Source of the DNA: Octopus vulgaris
Taxonomy: Eukaryota
Direction of reading: 5' to 3'
Length of the DNA: 64,000 bases
NCBI GenBank assembly: GCA_951406725.2
Contig: OX597831.1
Coordinates: 4,712,001 to 4,776,000 of the forward strand
A program made the translations under genes and the position numbers. Each line of letters opens with the position of its first letter. The stretch's first letter is position 1. A model generated the notes under the pieces. It ran no database searches, was not told where the DNA came from, and saw nothing but the letters and a program-made list of their open reading frames with translations. Of the stretch, positions 16,782 to 30,798 are shown piece by piece.

Positions 16782-16825
<44 letters not shown>

Positions 16826-16826
<1 letters not shown>

Positions 16827-17010
16827 GCGCAGGAGTGGCTGTGTGGTAAGTAGCTTGCTTACCAACCATATGGTTTCGGGTTCAGTCCCACTACATGGTA
16901 AATTCGGCAAGTGTCTTCTAGTATAGCCTCAGGCCGACCAAGGCCTTGTGAGTGGATTTGGTAGACAGAAACTGAAAGAAGACTGTCGTATTTGTGTGAG
17001 TGAGTGTGTT

Positions 17011-17045
<35 letters not shown>

Positions 17046-17236
17046 TTGACCCCCTCCCGTAACATCGCTTAACTACCGATTTAAGTGTGCTTACAAGCCC
17101 GTAACTTAGCGGTTCGTTTAAAAAGACCGAAAGAGAATGAGTACTAGGCTTACAATGAATAAGTCCTGGGGTCGATTTGTTCGACTAAAGTTCATGCTCC
17201 AGCTGGGCCTCAGTCAAATGACTGAAATAAAAGAAT
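16826..17236 (+). mobile_element. SINE family A
   Basis: GGCGCAGGAGTGGCTGTGTGGTAAG head, GGGTTCAGTCCC B box, CAGTCAAATGACTGAAA tail. Confidence 0.9.
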
Positions 17237-17505
17237 ATCCATCCATCCATCCATACATATATATATATATATATATATGCATATATATAAAGGCAATCTT
17301 ATATTCAGTTGCATGTGCATATATTGTTAGAAAGCCGAATATATATATGAGTGGTTTTATGCATGCACCATGCATCCATACGAGAGGTCATCCCAAAGTA
17401 AACAACATAATATTCGGTATCCTATGCACAACATTCACATTAAGCCGGATGTTATATATATATACACACACATATATACATACATATAATACATATAATA
17501 CATAC

Positions 17506-17593
<88 letters not shown>

Positions 17594-17813
17594 CTAATGT
17601 AGGATAAAAAATTTTTTCTGGAAAAAAATTTTATCAATGGCCAGCATATCAAAAAATACCTTTAAAGGTTAAATTTATATATAATTTACAAAATGAGGGC
17701 AGAAGAAAAATTCTAATGCCAAATATGCCGAAAAAAAGACAAAAATTGTCAATAACCATTATAATTTATGCGTCTCGAAACAAACCGATAGAAATTACTA
17801 AAAAAATCAGTTA

Positions 17814-17874
17814 TTACCGTATTGGTCCCAATTTCGGGGTTAATTCATAAGAATATTCCCCTCTTCAGCGATAA
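17814..17874 (-). ncRNA. type-I hammerhead ribozyme, canonical core
   Basis: Minus strand: TTATCG-CTGAAGA-GGGG-[18 nt]-CCCC-GAAA-TTGG-GA-CCAA-TA-CGGTAA. All three stems pair. AUA cleavage triplet. Confidence 0.8.
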
Positions 17875-17984
17875 ATATGAGATATAAGTGAAATACTTAC
17901 TCATACCCATGGAAAAAGCAAGCACTAAGTCCTAAGAATTTTTCTTCTGCCCTTATTTTGTATATATATATACATATATATATA

Positions 17985-18167
17985 TGATTGGTCGCTAAAT
18001 TCACAAGTCGTTTTTATTCTCTTTCTGTTTAATTCTCGTGCTCGTCTGTTGAAGAGCATAGGCTCGAAGCGTAAAAGACTTTCTCATCTTCCCGAGCGTC
18101 AAATTAAAACACCTGCTTGTTGTTTATAAACCTGTCTTCGTCTTTTGTTTTTCTGTCAATTTCAAAT
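17985..18167 (+). mobile_element. short HHR-like-motif element, older copy of the family at 34403-34605
   Basis: CTGTTGAAGAGCATAGGCTCGAAGCGTAAAAGAC...CACCTG...CTTCGTCTTTTGTTT shared with the 34.4 kb copy. Confidence 0.6.
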
Positions 18168-18528
18168 ATATATATGTATATATATATATACATACACAGG
18201 AAAAAATCTATGAGATTAATTCTGAAATTGATTCAATATAGAAATAACGAACTTTAAAAAAAAAAATTCTGTTGACTAGCTTCCCGATTTCAGTACAACA
18301 TATGTCTGTAGTGGGTATAATAATAAGTGGAAATTGACGATTTAAATGTCTGTTATCAGCATATAGGGAGGGAAATAATTTTCTTTTGCCCTTGTTTAGA
18401 AGTTGTTAATAATTTTAACTTTTAAAGGCATTTTAATATGCTGCCACATTTTGATGAAATTTTTTCTGTAAAAAACTTCATCCTATATTAGTAGTACATG
18501 CATATATATATCTGTGTATATATATATC

Positions 18529-18599
<71 letters not shown>

Positions 18600-18622
18600 G
18601 TATTTTTGTATGTATGTATGTA

Positions 18623-19058
18623 TGAGGAGGGTGTTTATTAGTCACCCTGCGGGATGAAAAACAAAACCAGTCAAAGGGCAGAGGAACTCTTGAGAGTCAA
18701 TGGCCATCCAATAAATGTCTTAAGGCTGTCTCATGCGCGGGGCCATAGAAATAATCGGACTGAATACCCGATCGCGCGGTTAAACCATTGGGAGTGAAGG
18801 ACTCCTAGCATCCTTCAAGGAGAAGGTATCTCAGGTAACTGGGAGAACTCCGATATAAAACCTGCGGCTCAGTGGTTACCGATGATGTTGACTTGCTCTT
18901 CTTTTCGGATTATGGCTGCTGTTGCTTAGTGAGTGGGATTGACACAGTGGACAGTCTTTCCTCACTTTAAAAAAATCTTCTTGCACAGGCATTGTACGAT
19001 AACAACATTGATTAAGCTTCGTGCAATGGCCATACTCGATAACGAGGGGGCAGCCACC
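18623..19058 (+). mobile_element. non-autonomous retroposon family E (RTE-UTR-like), 5'-truncated copy in (ATGT)n
   Basis: Highly similar to about 49520-49966, with the same 3' end GCAGCCACC(ATGT)n. Confidence 0.85.
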
Positions 19059-19205
19059 ATGTATGTATGTATGTATGAATGTATAAACATGTATATATGT
19101 ATATATACTTGGGGTACGACGATGAAATAAATATCAGTTAATCACTGGAATAATATCGTCTTGGTCTTTCTCCAAAATTTCAGGCCTTGTACCTATAAAG
19201 AAAAA

Positions 19206-19275
<70 letters not shown>

Positions 19276-19353
19276 TCTTCATCATCATTGTTAAAACCAC
19301 CATTACCACCACCACCACCACAACTGCTGCCGTCACCGCCGTCACCACTCTAT

Positions 19354-19780
19354 ATTAGAGTACACTTCTAAAGTACCACACCCTCTTTATCTTAATACAC
19401 TACCTTCTCTGCCACTTGTCTATACTTTCTACGTCAGAGTACACATCCAAGGAACCACACTGTTCTCTCTTCACCCATCTACAGCATCTCTATTAGAGTA
19501 CACACCTAAAGTACCATGGTGTTTAATCTAGCACATTACCGACTCTCCTATATATTTCTACCTTCTACATTAGAGCACACATTTAAAAGTACCGCAGTTC
19601 TTTAGTCAAACACATTACCATCCATGCTAGCCATCTCACCTATGTTAAAGTAAATATATACAGCGCTACAGTCATTAGCCAAACATACCACCTTCTCAGC
19701 CGCTCATCTCCACTGTCTATGCTAGGGTACACATCTGCAGTACCACACAATAGCCAAGCACAATACCATATCTGCCACTC
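19354..19780. repeat. old degenerate minisatellite, about 6 units of 60-80 bp
   Basis: Recurring TTAGAGTACACA..TAAAGTACC-like motif at about 19354, 19433, 19491, 19570, 19644 and 19721. Confidence 0.7.
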
Positions 19781-20257
19781 ATTTTCTTCTTCAATTTCAA
19801 ATATAAATTTATGATATCTCTACCGAGGATTGAACTTACCTGCATTGGGTTTATACTACGCAAACCAGATTGCTGATATTGTCTTTTATCTGTAAATCTT
19901 ACTCATTAATCGTTTATCCATGTTCTATCTCCAGACGAGATCCCACCCGTCAAAACAGAGGACAGGAGTTCAAACTGAACGCTCGAACGTCGAATGATGA
20001 GATTTCAGGTTACGGAAAGATTAATTAAATAATTAAAATTCAACTGATAAAACACACACACACCCAAAATCTATATTCCAAACTTTTAATCACCGATCAT
20101 CCGATACGGCCACAGAATACGGGAATATGTCATCTGTCACGTATACACATATATATATATATATGTATGTATGTATATATGAATGTATATGTATATATAT
20201 ATAATATATATATATATAAACATATATATATATCTACATGTATGTATATATGTATAT

Positions 20258-20292
<35 letters not shown>

Positions 20293-20335
20293 ACTAACAT
20301 ATATATATATATAATATATACACACACAGAGAAAC

Positions 20336-20378
<43 letters not shown>

Positions 20379-20557
20379 GAAACATGCGTATGTGGATATA
20401 TCTATATATCCATCTCCCTACGACGCATACGTGGAGTTAAATAGTATATGTAGATCATAGGTTATATATAATATATACTGTTTGTGTATGTGTGTGTATT
20501 TATGTTTGTGAATGCACATACATGCATATACAAATGTATACATATGGCCATATATAC

Positions 20558-20653
<96 letters not shown>

Positions 20654-21163
20654 ATGTATAGACGTGTATATGTATATACATGATCAATATGATCAATTAA
20701 ACTTTTATTCAATTTCTGCTTACTGTCTATGACTGTGGAAATCACCATTATGGTCTTGGAGCAGCGCTAATTCTATTATGTAGATCACTCATTCCACTGA
20801 CCCCGATGACCACAACAACAACAACACCAACAGCCGCAACAACACCAACAAAAACGATACAAACAAGAACAGTGGTAACTAGAGACTTTCTAGTAACCAT
20901 TCCCACAAAATTCTTTCTTTCATATGTTGGCTGCAATCGTTGTTGGGTTGGCCAGTTCTTCAATCTGTGATCTTAGCTGTTGTTTTGGTGATAGATGGCA
21001 GAGCCAAAGTTTAATAGGGGTGACCAGCATCAGTTAATTACATGTCAAAATATTTCTCAGGGTCATTCTGTTGTTGCACTGTCATATCTCTCGCGTATTT
21101 GGCTGGCCTTTATGTTTTTTGTATATATGTATATATATGTCTATATATGTATGTATACATACA

Positions 21164-21261
<98 letters not shown>

Positions 21262-21399
21262 TGTATGTATGTATGTATGTATGCATGTATGTATACGCAT
21301 ATATATATATATATATATGTTCCTCTGAAAACATAATAGTTTCACCCGCATAAGTTCATAATCATCAAACTGACAGCTTGAAACGCTCGTGGCTCTATC

Positions 21400-22260
21400 A
21401 ACAGCACCAGTAGCAGCAACAACACTGTCGCCGCCGCCGCCGCCGCAGCCACTACCACCACCACCACCACCACTATTACCTGCATATCTACCACGGCAAC
21501 TACCACCAACACCACCACAATCACAAACACAAACACCGCCACCACATCCAACACTGACACAATCATCACCACCAAAGTTTCAGTCATACCACACTATTAC
21601 TACCTTCACCACCACTATTGCTACCATCACCACCACTACTGGCAACAGCATCAACAACAACATTATCACTACTACAACCACAACCACCACCACCACCACC
21701 ACCACAACTATAATCATTATTGTCGTCACACTATGCATCGCCATCACAGTTTCAATCATTACCATTATCAGCACCACCATGAAAAGAACCATCATCACCA
21801 TCATGACTATATCACTATCACAACCATCACCATCACCACCACCACCACCATCGCCACCACCATCATTAGTAGCAGCAGCGCAGCACCACTACCACCACCA
21901 TCATCATCATCATCATCACCACTACCATCATTATCACCATCACCACCACTACCATCACAACCACCACCATCAACACCATCACCACCACCATCAGCAGCAG
22001 CAGTAGCACCATCATCACCACCACCACCACCACCACCACCACCACCACCACCACCACCAACACAACCATCATCACAACGACCACCACCACCATCATCACC
22101 ACTATCACTACCACCTTCTCTGCCACCAGCATCCCAGCACCACCACTACCATCACCATCACCTCCACCATCTCTTCCTTCACCACTACCACCACCAACAA
22201 CAACAACACCAACATCTCCACCAACAACTCCGCCATCATCATCACCACCACCATTATCAT
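21400..22260. repeat. ACC/ATC-rich low-complexity tract
   Basis: Directly visible. Confidence 0.85.
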
Positions 22261-22289
22261 CTTTCCCAGATAGATAGCTAGTTAGACGC

Positions 22290-22610
<321 letters not shown>

Positions 22611-23002
22611 CAATATAAATGAAATTAGTTAAAAATTGAAGATTTCGCAGGAAATAAGTAGTTAGTGACATAATAGAGAACGATGAGGGTAGGAGCGATA
22701 GAGGAATAAGATAAGCCTCAGGTAATACTCATGTAACACTCATGTAAGTCTCAGGTAACACTCAGGTGTGTCAATTGACTGAGCATACGTAATGCAATTA
22801 GTAACGGATGATTACGACAGAACGGAGAAAGACATAAACATCTGTGTCCGTGCGTGTGTACGTGTGTGTTAACGTACACACACACATATATATATATATA
22901 CACACGTATGTACGTCTAATACATACATACATGCATACACACATACACACATACATACATAAATACATACATATATATATATGTATATATGTACTATATA
23001 TG

Positions 23003-23076
<74 letters not shown>

Positions 23077-23089
23077 TATATATATATCT

Positions 23090-23193
23090 TAAGATACAAA
23101 TGAGATGATAATATATTTTCCAATGCTTTCTAAGACTAGTTTATCCAATATTTCTGCAGTTCGAAAATAAATTATCATCTCATTTGTATCTTA
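23090..23193. repeat. inverted repeat with 23 bp perfect arms
   Basis: TAAGATACAAATGAGATGATAAT / ATTATCATCTCATTTGTATCTTA. Confidence 0.85.
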
Positions 23194-23243
23194 TAATACA
23201 CATGTTAACGCTTATAAAAAACAAATGATAGTTTTTTGTATAT

Positions 23244-23276
<33 letters not shown>

Positions 23277-23783
23277 CACATGCACATGTGCATATATCTA
23301 CTTATATACACATGTATACTTATATACACATATATATATATGTATATACATGTGTATATATGTACGTATATGATATGAATATATATGTATTTTCAAACAC
23401 ATTCATACACACATGCACTCATACACATCTCGTAATTCATTATCACTGCTCCCCGCACTCTCCCACATCCCCCTCTCTCTCTCTCTCTCTCTCTTTACTT
23501 CTTTATTCTCTCTTCATTCCATCAACGTTTCTTTTTTACCTGAAGAGAAATCGATGGAACAGAACGCACTCCCATTCATATATGTCTATAGTTCTGTAGC
23601 TTTCACTCTCTCACCACCTCTCTTTCCTTTACTCGCTGTGTATGTGTGTTTGTATAATTATATATATATATGTATGTGTATGTGTGTGTGTGTGTATACG
23701 GTCATATATATATATGTATACACACACATACATACACACACACATATATATGCATATACACGTATATATATATATATATACAC

Positions 23784-23838
<55 letters not shown>

Positions 23839-24482
23839 TATATATGGAAGTGCAGTATATTCTTAGCTACAATAGCGACAACATGGATTTCTTTCATCTT
23901 CTTACTCTGTTAAAATATTTGAGTAAAATATTATTAATTTATTTTTATTTGTGCAGCTGATGATAGCCCTGCATTTAAATTGATGTAATGATTGCATTGT
24001 TCAACTAAATGGACCCGCTTGAAACGTTTGGGATTTGAATCTTGTTACCACTTTCACCCCACCGCAAAAATTCCCAAATTTTATTTAATTTGCTTTGCGG
24101 GAAGGACTGTTTCAACAAAGTCGCGTATTGTCCTTGCCTTCACAACATGGAGTAGATGAAATATGGACAACTGATGAAGGGGAATATTCTTTATGTTGCA
24201 TGTCTCGTTTCTGTTTTTTTTTTTGTTGTTCGAAAAAAAGTTCGTTTCTATGTTTTTCTTTTTGTTTTCGTTTCTCATTGTGTTCAACGTTTTTTTGATG
24301 TCCTGTACCCATATATGCATGTATATATACACATATATGTAGGTATGTACATATATGTATGTATATATGCATATATTTATATATTATTTATATTATTATA
24401 TGATCGAACGCCACGCATCATTTTCCAAGTAAGTTTTATATATATATCTGTAAAATATTATGTGACAATCATTCAATAGCCA

Positions 24483-24533
24483 AGATAAAACTCTGAGTTT
24501 CAGAAATCCACAACACCATCTCTTCGGTTATCT
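24483..24533 (-). ncRNA. degenerate minimal hammerhead motif (CCGA core variant)
   Basis: Minus strand: AGATAA-CCGAAGA-[19 nt, weak stem II]-GAAA-CTCAGAG-TT-TTATCT. Same stem III as the 51.2 kb motif. Confidence 0.5.
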
Positions 24534-25376
24534 AGCCATGTATGTATATATACAAATCAAAAAAATGGAACGAGAACGCATGAGACGACAATAAAACATC
24601 CGGACAAATAGACGATTAATGAACGGGTAGGAGAAGACAAGGACGGGTCATTCGCAGCAATCTCTCATCAGCCAGATATCCAGATAATCATAACAGTTTC
24701 GGCTGATTACACTTGAGACTGTTCAAATCTGTCTGGCCCCAAAACTCTAAGCTAAGAGCGTTAAATTGTTTGGAACAAAACAAGCAAATCCTTACTACAA
24801 CAAAGACAAAAAACGGAAAAAATTTTACAAAATTTTAAATGTAAGTAACAAGAAAATAACAACAGGTGTCTTTCGACCAATAAAAATGAATCAAGTTGAA
24901 CTGGTGTATGTAGAGTGAAATTAATGAGGCAGGAATATAAAAGATGAACATAAGAGATGTAAGTCATGAGAGGAATTTAAGAGATGCTTCGCGGACTCTA
25001 CGTGGAAGGAAAGTAAAGCAGTAGGGGCCAGAGGGACTGAAATGAAAGTACACACACATAGACATATATACATAAACAAGCAATAAACTTATGTAGTACA
25101 TATTTCTAAAGGCTACTGGAAATTCATAGGTGAGTAATAATCATGTGATAGGTCAGGTGTTAGGTCAGCAGTCAGCTGGGAAGAACAAAGATTTTGAGAA
25201 TGATATACTCCTTGCTACACAATAACAACCACTTTGATGCAAATACGTTCTTAGTTCTTCCGAATTGAAGGCAGGTTGGTTACAAGCGAACCAACATCGA
25301 TCAGCTCAACTATGACAGTCTTGCAGCGAAAAACATACAAAACACTTCATATATTATTTGTACACACAGATAAATG

Positions 25377-25511
<135 letters not shown>

Positions 25512-25679
25512 AGTGGTGAATGAATTATCTATGCTATCGTCAGCATGGATCTATCTATCAAAACTAAAGGAATTTTGTCTATCTTCGTTCGACTCATCTG
25601 TCTATCTATCCATCTATATCTATCTACTTATATATATATATATATTTTGTACTATCTATATATCTATCTATACATATCA

Positions 25680-25711
<32 letters not shown>

Positions 25712-25715
25712 AATA

Positions 25716-25885
25716 TATTAAAATTATAATTTAGGGTATCTAAGAGATACCACCACGCTTGAAATAGCAGCCAAAACGTGACACCTGGTGCTGTATGAAC
25801 AGTTAATGTGGTTTTAGAGTCAGGTTTTGGCTGTTATTTCCAGCATGGGGGTCTCTCTTAGATACCCTAAATTATAATTTTAATA
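25716..25885. mobile_element. fold-back/MITE-like element with arms of about 65 bp
   Basis: TATTAAAATTATAATTTAGGGTATCTAAGAGA... pairs with ...TCTCTTAGATACCCTAAATTATAATTTTAATA. Confidence 0.7.
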
Positions 25886-25986
25886 ATAATTATTACCTTT
25901 GAAAGATTTTATTCCCATGCTGGCCACTTGATAAGATCGATATTTAAATTAACGATCTTATCCTAATTTATATAAATTTATATATA

Positions 25987-26419
25987 GGCGCAGGAGTGGC
26001 TGTGTGGTAAGTAGCTTGTTTTACTAACCACATGATTCCGGGTTCATTCACACTGCGTGGCATCTTGGGCAAGTGTCTTCTGCTATAGCATCGGGCCGAC
26101 CAATGCCTTGTGAGTGGATTTGGTAGACGGAAACTGAAAGACGCCCATCGACGTATATATGTATACATATATACATATATATATATATATGTATGTGTGT
26201 GTATATGTTTGTGTGCCTGTGTTTGTCCCTCTAGCATTGCTTGACAACCGATGCTGGTGTGTTTACATCCCCGTCACTTAGCGGTTCGGCAAAAGAGACC
26301 GATAGAATAAATACTGGGCTTACAAAGAATAAGTCCCGGAGTCGATTTGCTCGACTAATGGCGGTGCTCCAACATGGTCGCAGTCAAATGACTGAAACAA
26401 GTAAAAGAGTAAAAGAGTA
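25987..26419 (+). mobile_element. SINE family A, full length
   Basis: Head, body and (GTAAAAGA)2 tail all present. Confidence 0.9.
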
Positions 26420-27098
26420 TATAAATATATGTATATTGGTACACATATACACATAGAGACATATATAACATACACACGCACACACACACACATTTATATA
26501 TATATCCGGGGAGAGAGAGAAAGAGAGAGAGGAGAGAGCGAGAAAGAGAAAAATAGGGGTGAGGAAGGAAGTTAGGGAGATGTCTGTGTGTGTGTGTGAG
26601 CGTATTTATGAGTATGTACGAGTATCCGTTTTCTTACAATATCCCCGTAATAAACTTTAGGTGCCTTCAGCTCCCCCTCCGCCAATAAAATGTATATACA
26701 AAACGCATTTCTTTCACGTAATGATATTTTTAGAAGAAAATAGCTTTTTCAGTGAGTTTATAATGTGTTTACGTCACTAATAGCAACTGGTATTGTGTTT
26801 CGTTAATATTTTCTCAACACCATTATAATTCCATTGACATTCTTTAGTAAATAATGACTGCCAAAAACTAACAACTTTTGGTATTCTGATACCTGCTCCC
26901 CCCCAAACACACCTCCACCCACCCGTTCCGTTTTCCTTCATTTCTGATCTTTTTTTCCCCCCCTTTACTATGTTGTTTTTTTCTTGTTTGTTTATTTTTG
27001 TGTACATGTGTGTATGTGTGTGTGTGTGTGGGGGGGGCGAGGGAGGGTCTTGTGTTTTTATATAACTGGCTGTGCTTCTATATGTGTGCGTGTGTGAG

Positions 27099-27144
<46 letters not shown>

Positions 27145-28519
27145 CATATTTTTCTCTTTGTGTGTGTGCGCATGTTTGTATATATATATATATGTGTGTG
27201 TGTGTTTTTGCGTGTGGTATATTATGCACGTGTTTGTGCATTTATATATATATATATATATATATATGCTAATGTGTGTGTGTGTACGTTTGTGTGGGGT
27301 GTGTGGGGTTTTTTATATATAAAGACGCTGCTCAAGCATGGCCGCAGTCGAATTATTGAAACAAGTAAAAGAATATATGTGTGTGTGTCTGTGTGTGTTT
27401 ATCTGCGTGCATCGTGCTTGTATTTGTGTTTCTGTGTACTTCTGTCTTAATGTATGTATTTGTTTATGTACACGTGTGTGTGTGTTTTTATGTGTTCGCG
27501 TGTGTGTGTGTTTGCGTGCGCATTTCTGTAACCAAGTTGTTCTGTTTCTTGTAGCAATATAGTGAAAATAGTCCGATCACTTATAACATCGATAATTTCA
27601 GAGTTGTTTTGCTGATTTTGTATAAGACTGTATGTATGTATGCATGGATGGATGTACGTGTGTATGTACATTTAAATATACATATACACACATATATAGA
27701 CATATATATACATATGTATGTGCGAATACATATTTATATATGTATATAAGGTATACGTACATATGAGTATATATATATATATATATATATAGCGAGAGCG
27801 AGAGAGATAGACAGATAAACGCAAATATGTATATATGTGTATGTATATAAATGTGTGTGTGGGTGTGTGTATGTATATATATACATATATATATATACAT
27901 ACAAAAATGCATGCATGAAATGCTTACATACGTACATGCATATATACATATATATATATAAATATATTGATATTTAAGGTATTCCGAGTATTCGAGTATC
28001 AACTATGTTTATACGATTCGACATATTTTTGGTTGATATCACTAAACACAACAATTGATCTCACTTTGAAATGATAAGGACCAAATCAGCTACTTACCTC
28101 TTTTACCAATATCAGGAACTTTGAGTCACTTGTTCGTAACTCACCTGAAATAATTAGTCCTGAATCAACAGAATGCTGAAGCGATGCCGGAGTATACTGT
28201 AGTTTGCTTCAATCTTTGGGATAAATTTCAAAAGACGTTTATGAAATCATAAGCTTCATCTACGAATATACGAAAAGCTTTTTGATGTGAAGACCTCGAT
28301 TCCTTGCAACTCGAATTAATCCATTTACAACACATATAACCCCCTGCAGGTTCTTAAACACTTGCAATAGACACATAGACTGTGGTAGCTCGACCTGCAC
28401 GAAATAGCTGCCAGATTTTATTCAACCTACACCCTGTTATTTTAATAAAAGGATGATGTCTCTGATACGCAGAATGAAAGATGAGCTTTATCGATCGGAT
28501 TGAACGGAATATTGCTTTT

Positions 28520-28697
28520 AGATTTTGGAACAAGACCAGAATTTCGTAGGGAGGGGCAAGTAGTTTGCATCGACTCAAGTCCTCAACTGGTACATATTCT
28601 ATCGAACCCGAAAGGATAAAAAAAACAAAGACGACCTCGGCGACCTCAGAACACAAAGCATTTTACCTGACGTGTTAACGACTCTGCCAACTCGCTG
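28520..28697 (-). mobile_element. SINE family B, diverged
   Basis: AACTGGTAC...ATCGAACCCGAAAGGAT...GACCTCGGCG...CTGCCAACTCGC. Confidence 0.75.
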
Positions 28698-29130
28698 TCG
28701 TAAGAGAGAACGAAATATGGAAAGAAAGAATGGGGAGTAAGAATGGAAAAAATAGGAGAGAGAAATGGAGAAAGAACGGCGGAAACGGTGGGAAATGGTT
28801 TGAAACAAGTAAAAAAATTACAAACGGATGAAGGAGAAAGAGAAATATGAAGAAGAGGGGATTGTTTGAATAAGCTGGACTGAGTTAATTATTAGAGATG
28901 CGGGTAGAATACTGTCAATATTTCTGTATCAATAACATGATTGAAAGACGAAGGTAGATTGTAAAAGGTCATGTATATGGATTATGAAATATATTGTTTC
29001 AAAGATGACTTATATATCGTGGTTTGTCTTCAAAACAGCGAGCAAGAAAAATGGAGACATATGAAGAGAGAATGAAGTAACCTTAATGTAACAGAAAAAA
29101 TTGATGTATGAAATACAGTGTAGTACTGGA

Positions 29131-29446
29131 CTGGCATCCTGTCAGTTACGATGACGAGGGTCCCAGCTGATTTGATTAACGGAACAGCCCGCTCGAGAAA
29201 TTAATGTGCAAGTGGCTGAGCACCCCTCAGACATAAGTCCCCTTAACGTAGTTTTCAAGGAGATTCAACGTGACACAAAATGTGACAAGTCTGGCTCTTT
29301 TAAATACAGGTGCTACTCGTTTTTGCCTGCTGGAGCAGCGTGAAATAAAGTTTATTGCTCAAGGAAACAACGCATTGCCGGAAATTGAACTCACGACGTT
29401 ACGATTGTTAGCCGAATACTCGAACTATTAAACCGCGCGCCTTCAC
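29131..29446 (-). mobile_element. SINE family C-related, diverged
   Basis: Reverse complement of the SINE-C 3' half (GTTACGATGACGAGGG...AACGGAACAGCC...CTTAACGTAGTT) plus a tRNA-like head ending GCGCCTTCAC. Confidence 0.75.
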
Positions 29447-30550
29447 GTAGGACTGAAACAGAAATGATAATTGTACCGCTTTATAAGTGACGGTATAACT
29501 TGGTTTAAGAAAACTGTGAAAAATTATCGAAGTTTTTGTTCATTGAACGTTTATAACGATGTTTCGGATATAGAAACTAAATAATATATATACGGGTATA
29601 GCAAATATACGGGTATAGCAAATATATACGGGTATAGCTAATATAGCCAATATAACTGCTGTAATAAAATAATTGAGCTACTTTATAATTTCTCACGCTA
29701 TGGTATTTTATCGTTCCTTGCAGGAAATGTACGTCTATGTCTGAAAAATGAGATAATGTTGGAATTTCAATTCAACATATTCTGGTTGAGTAAGTTCTCG
29801 CGTTTCTCTCATGCATCAATCACAAAAGCTTGGATAATTTGTTTTAAAGCTTTAGCTTGATTCCAAATTTTCCACATGTCGAGATTACAGTATTTTGTAT
29901 TTCAAAGCCCGACTATATTTTGATAAATTAGTTCCTATGAATTTGATTAGGTGTCAGAAAGTGTATGTATGTAGATTATATCATAATATTAGCCTGCTAA
30001 TTGTTAAACCAATTATTCTAATTACTAGTTCATTTACTTGTGATTCTTCACTCAATAAACTATAGAGCTTGTCAAAAAGCTCCGAGTTAACGGATATCAA
30101 CCATGGTTTATATAATTACATCATTAAGCGGTATTAGGGAAAGCAGGAAGTGCAAGATGTCTTATTGTTAATGTTCAGCAAAGATTCAGCAAATTTGCTT
30201 GTAGTATCATAGCTTATTACGTGCAATGGATTGCCAGCATACATACTTCAAAGTATAGAAATGTTCAAGCGATACAAGTCCTGACTGGAGGTTTAAACGT
30301 AAAATATTTTCATTTCTACTGTTTTAATTTTCGTCAAGTTGAGTTTTTTTCTCTCTGTTGCAGATGTATATCATTTTATATCTCTAATACCACTTCGTTT
30401 GAATAATACCTTGCATTTCTGAATGAATGTTTATCATATGAGTTTCTCGAAGGCCACAGCAAACGTTTCAGAATATCTTAAAGAATATCTGATGTGTTGC
30501 TTGAATTATGAATACAGTGTACAATTTCCGCAAGTTATCAATAGGTGTGA

Positions 30551-30798
30551 TCCTTAAATCCTTAAATCCTTAAAAATGTTTTAGCCCGGAGGCCGCGGCC
30601 ATGCTGGGGCACCACCGCTGAATGAGCTACACTAATATGTGAATCCACCTCTGATACGTGGCACTTGACCAACAAGGGAGTTCGACGCTGCTGCCCGCAT
30701 CATCCGCGTCTCCTGTCGTGAGGCAGGTTCATCTGGGACTCCCGACAAGAAGAGATCCAGTTTAGCTTTAAAGAAAGCCACATCCACACCATGTAAGT
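30551..30798 (-). mobile_element. CR1/L2-type LINE 3' end with (TTAAGGAT)n tail
   Basis: Translation VDVAFFKAKLDLFLSGVPDEP...RAAASNSL matches the FK.KLD.FL C-terminal motif of CR1/L2-group ORF2. Short UTR and an 8-mer tandem tail follow. Confidence 0.75.

Larger units (their letters stand above)
17590..18495. mobile_element. Penelope-like non-autonomous remnants with nested inverted repeats and hammerhead motifs
   Basis: Inverted repeat 17687-17714/17935-17962. Diverged inverted repeat about 17593-17710/18379-18492. HHR motifs inside. (TA)n flanks. Confidence 0.55.

Noticed and set aside
19354-19780. CRISPR-like array
   Set aside because: The repeats are degenerate, the spacers are mutually similar, the context is eukaryotic, and there are no cas genes.
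28098-28345. Minus-strand exon candidate with donor AG|GTAAGT
   Set aside because: All frames of the long version contain stops, and there is no recognisable product.
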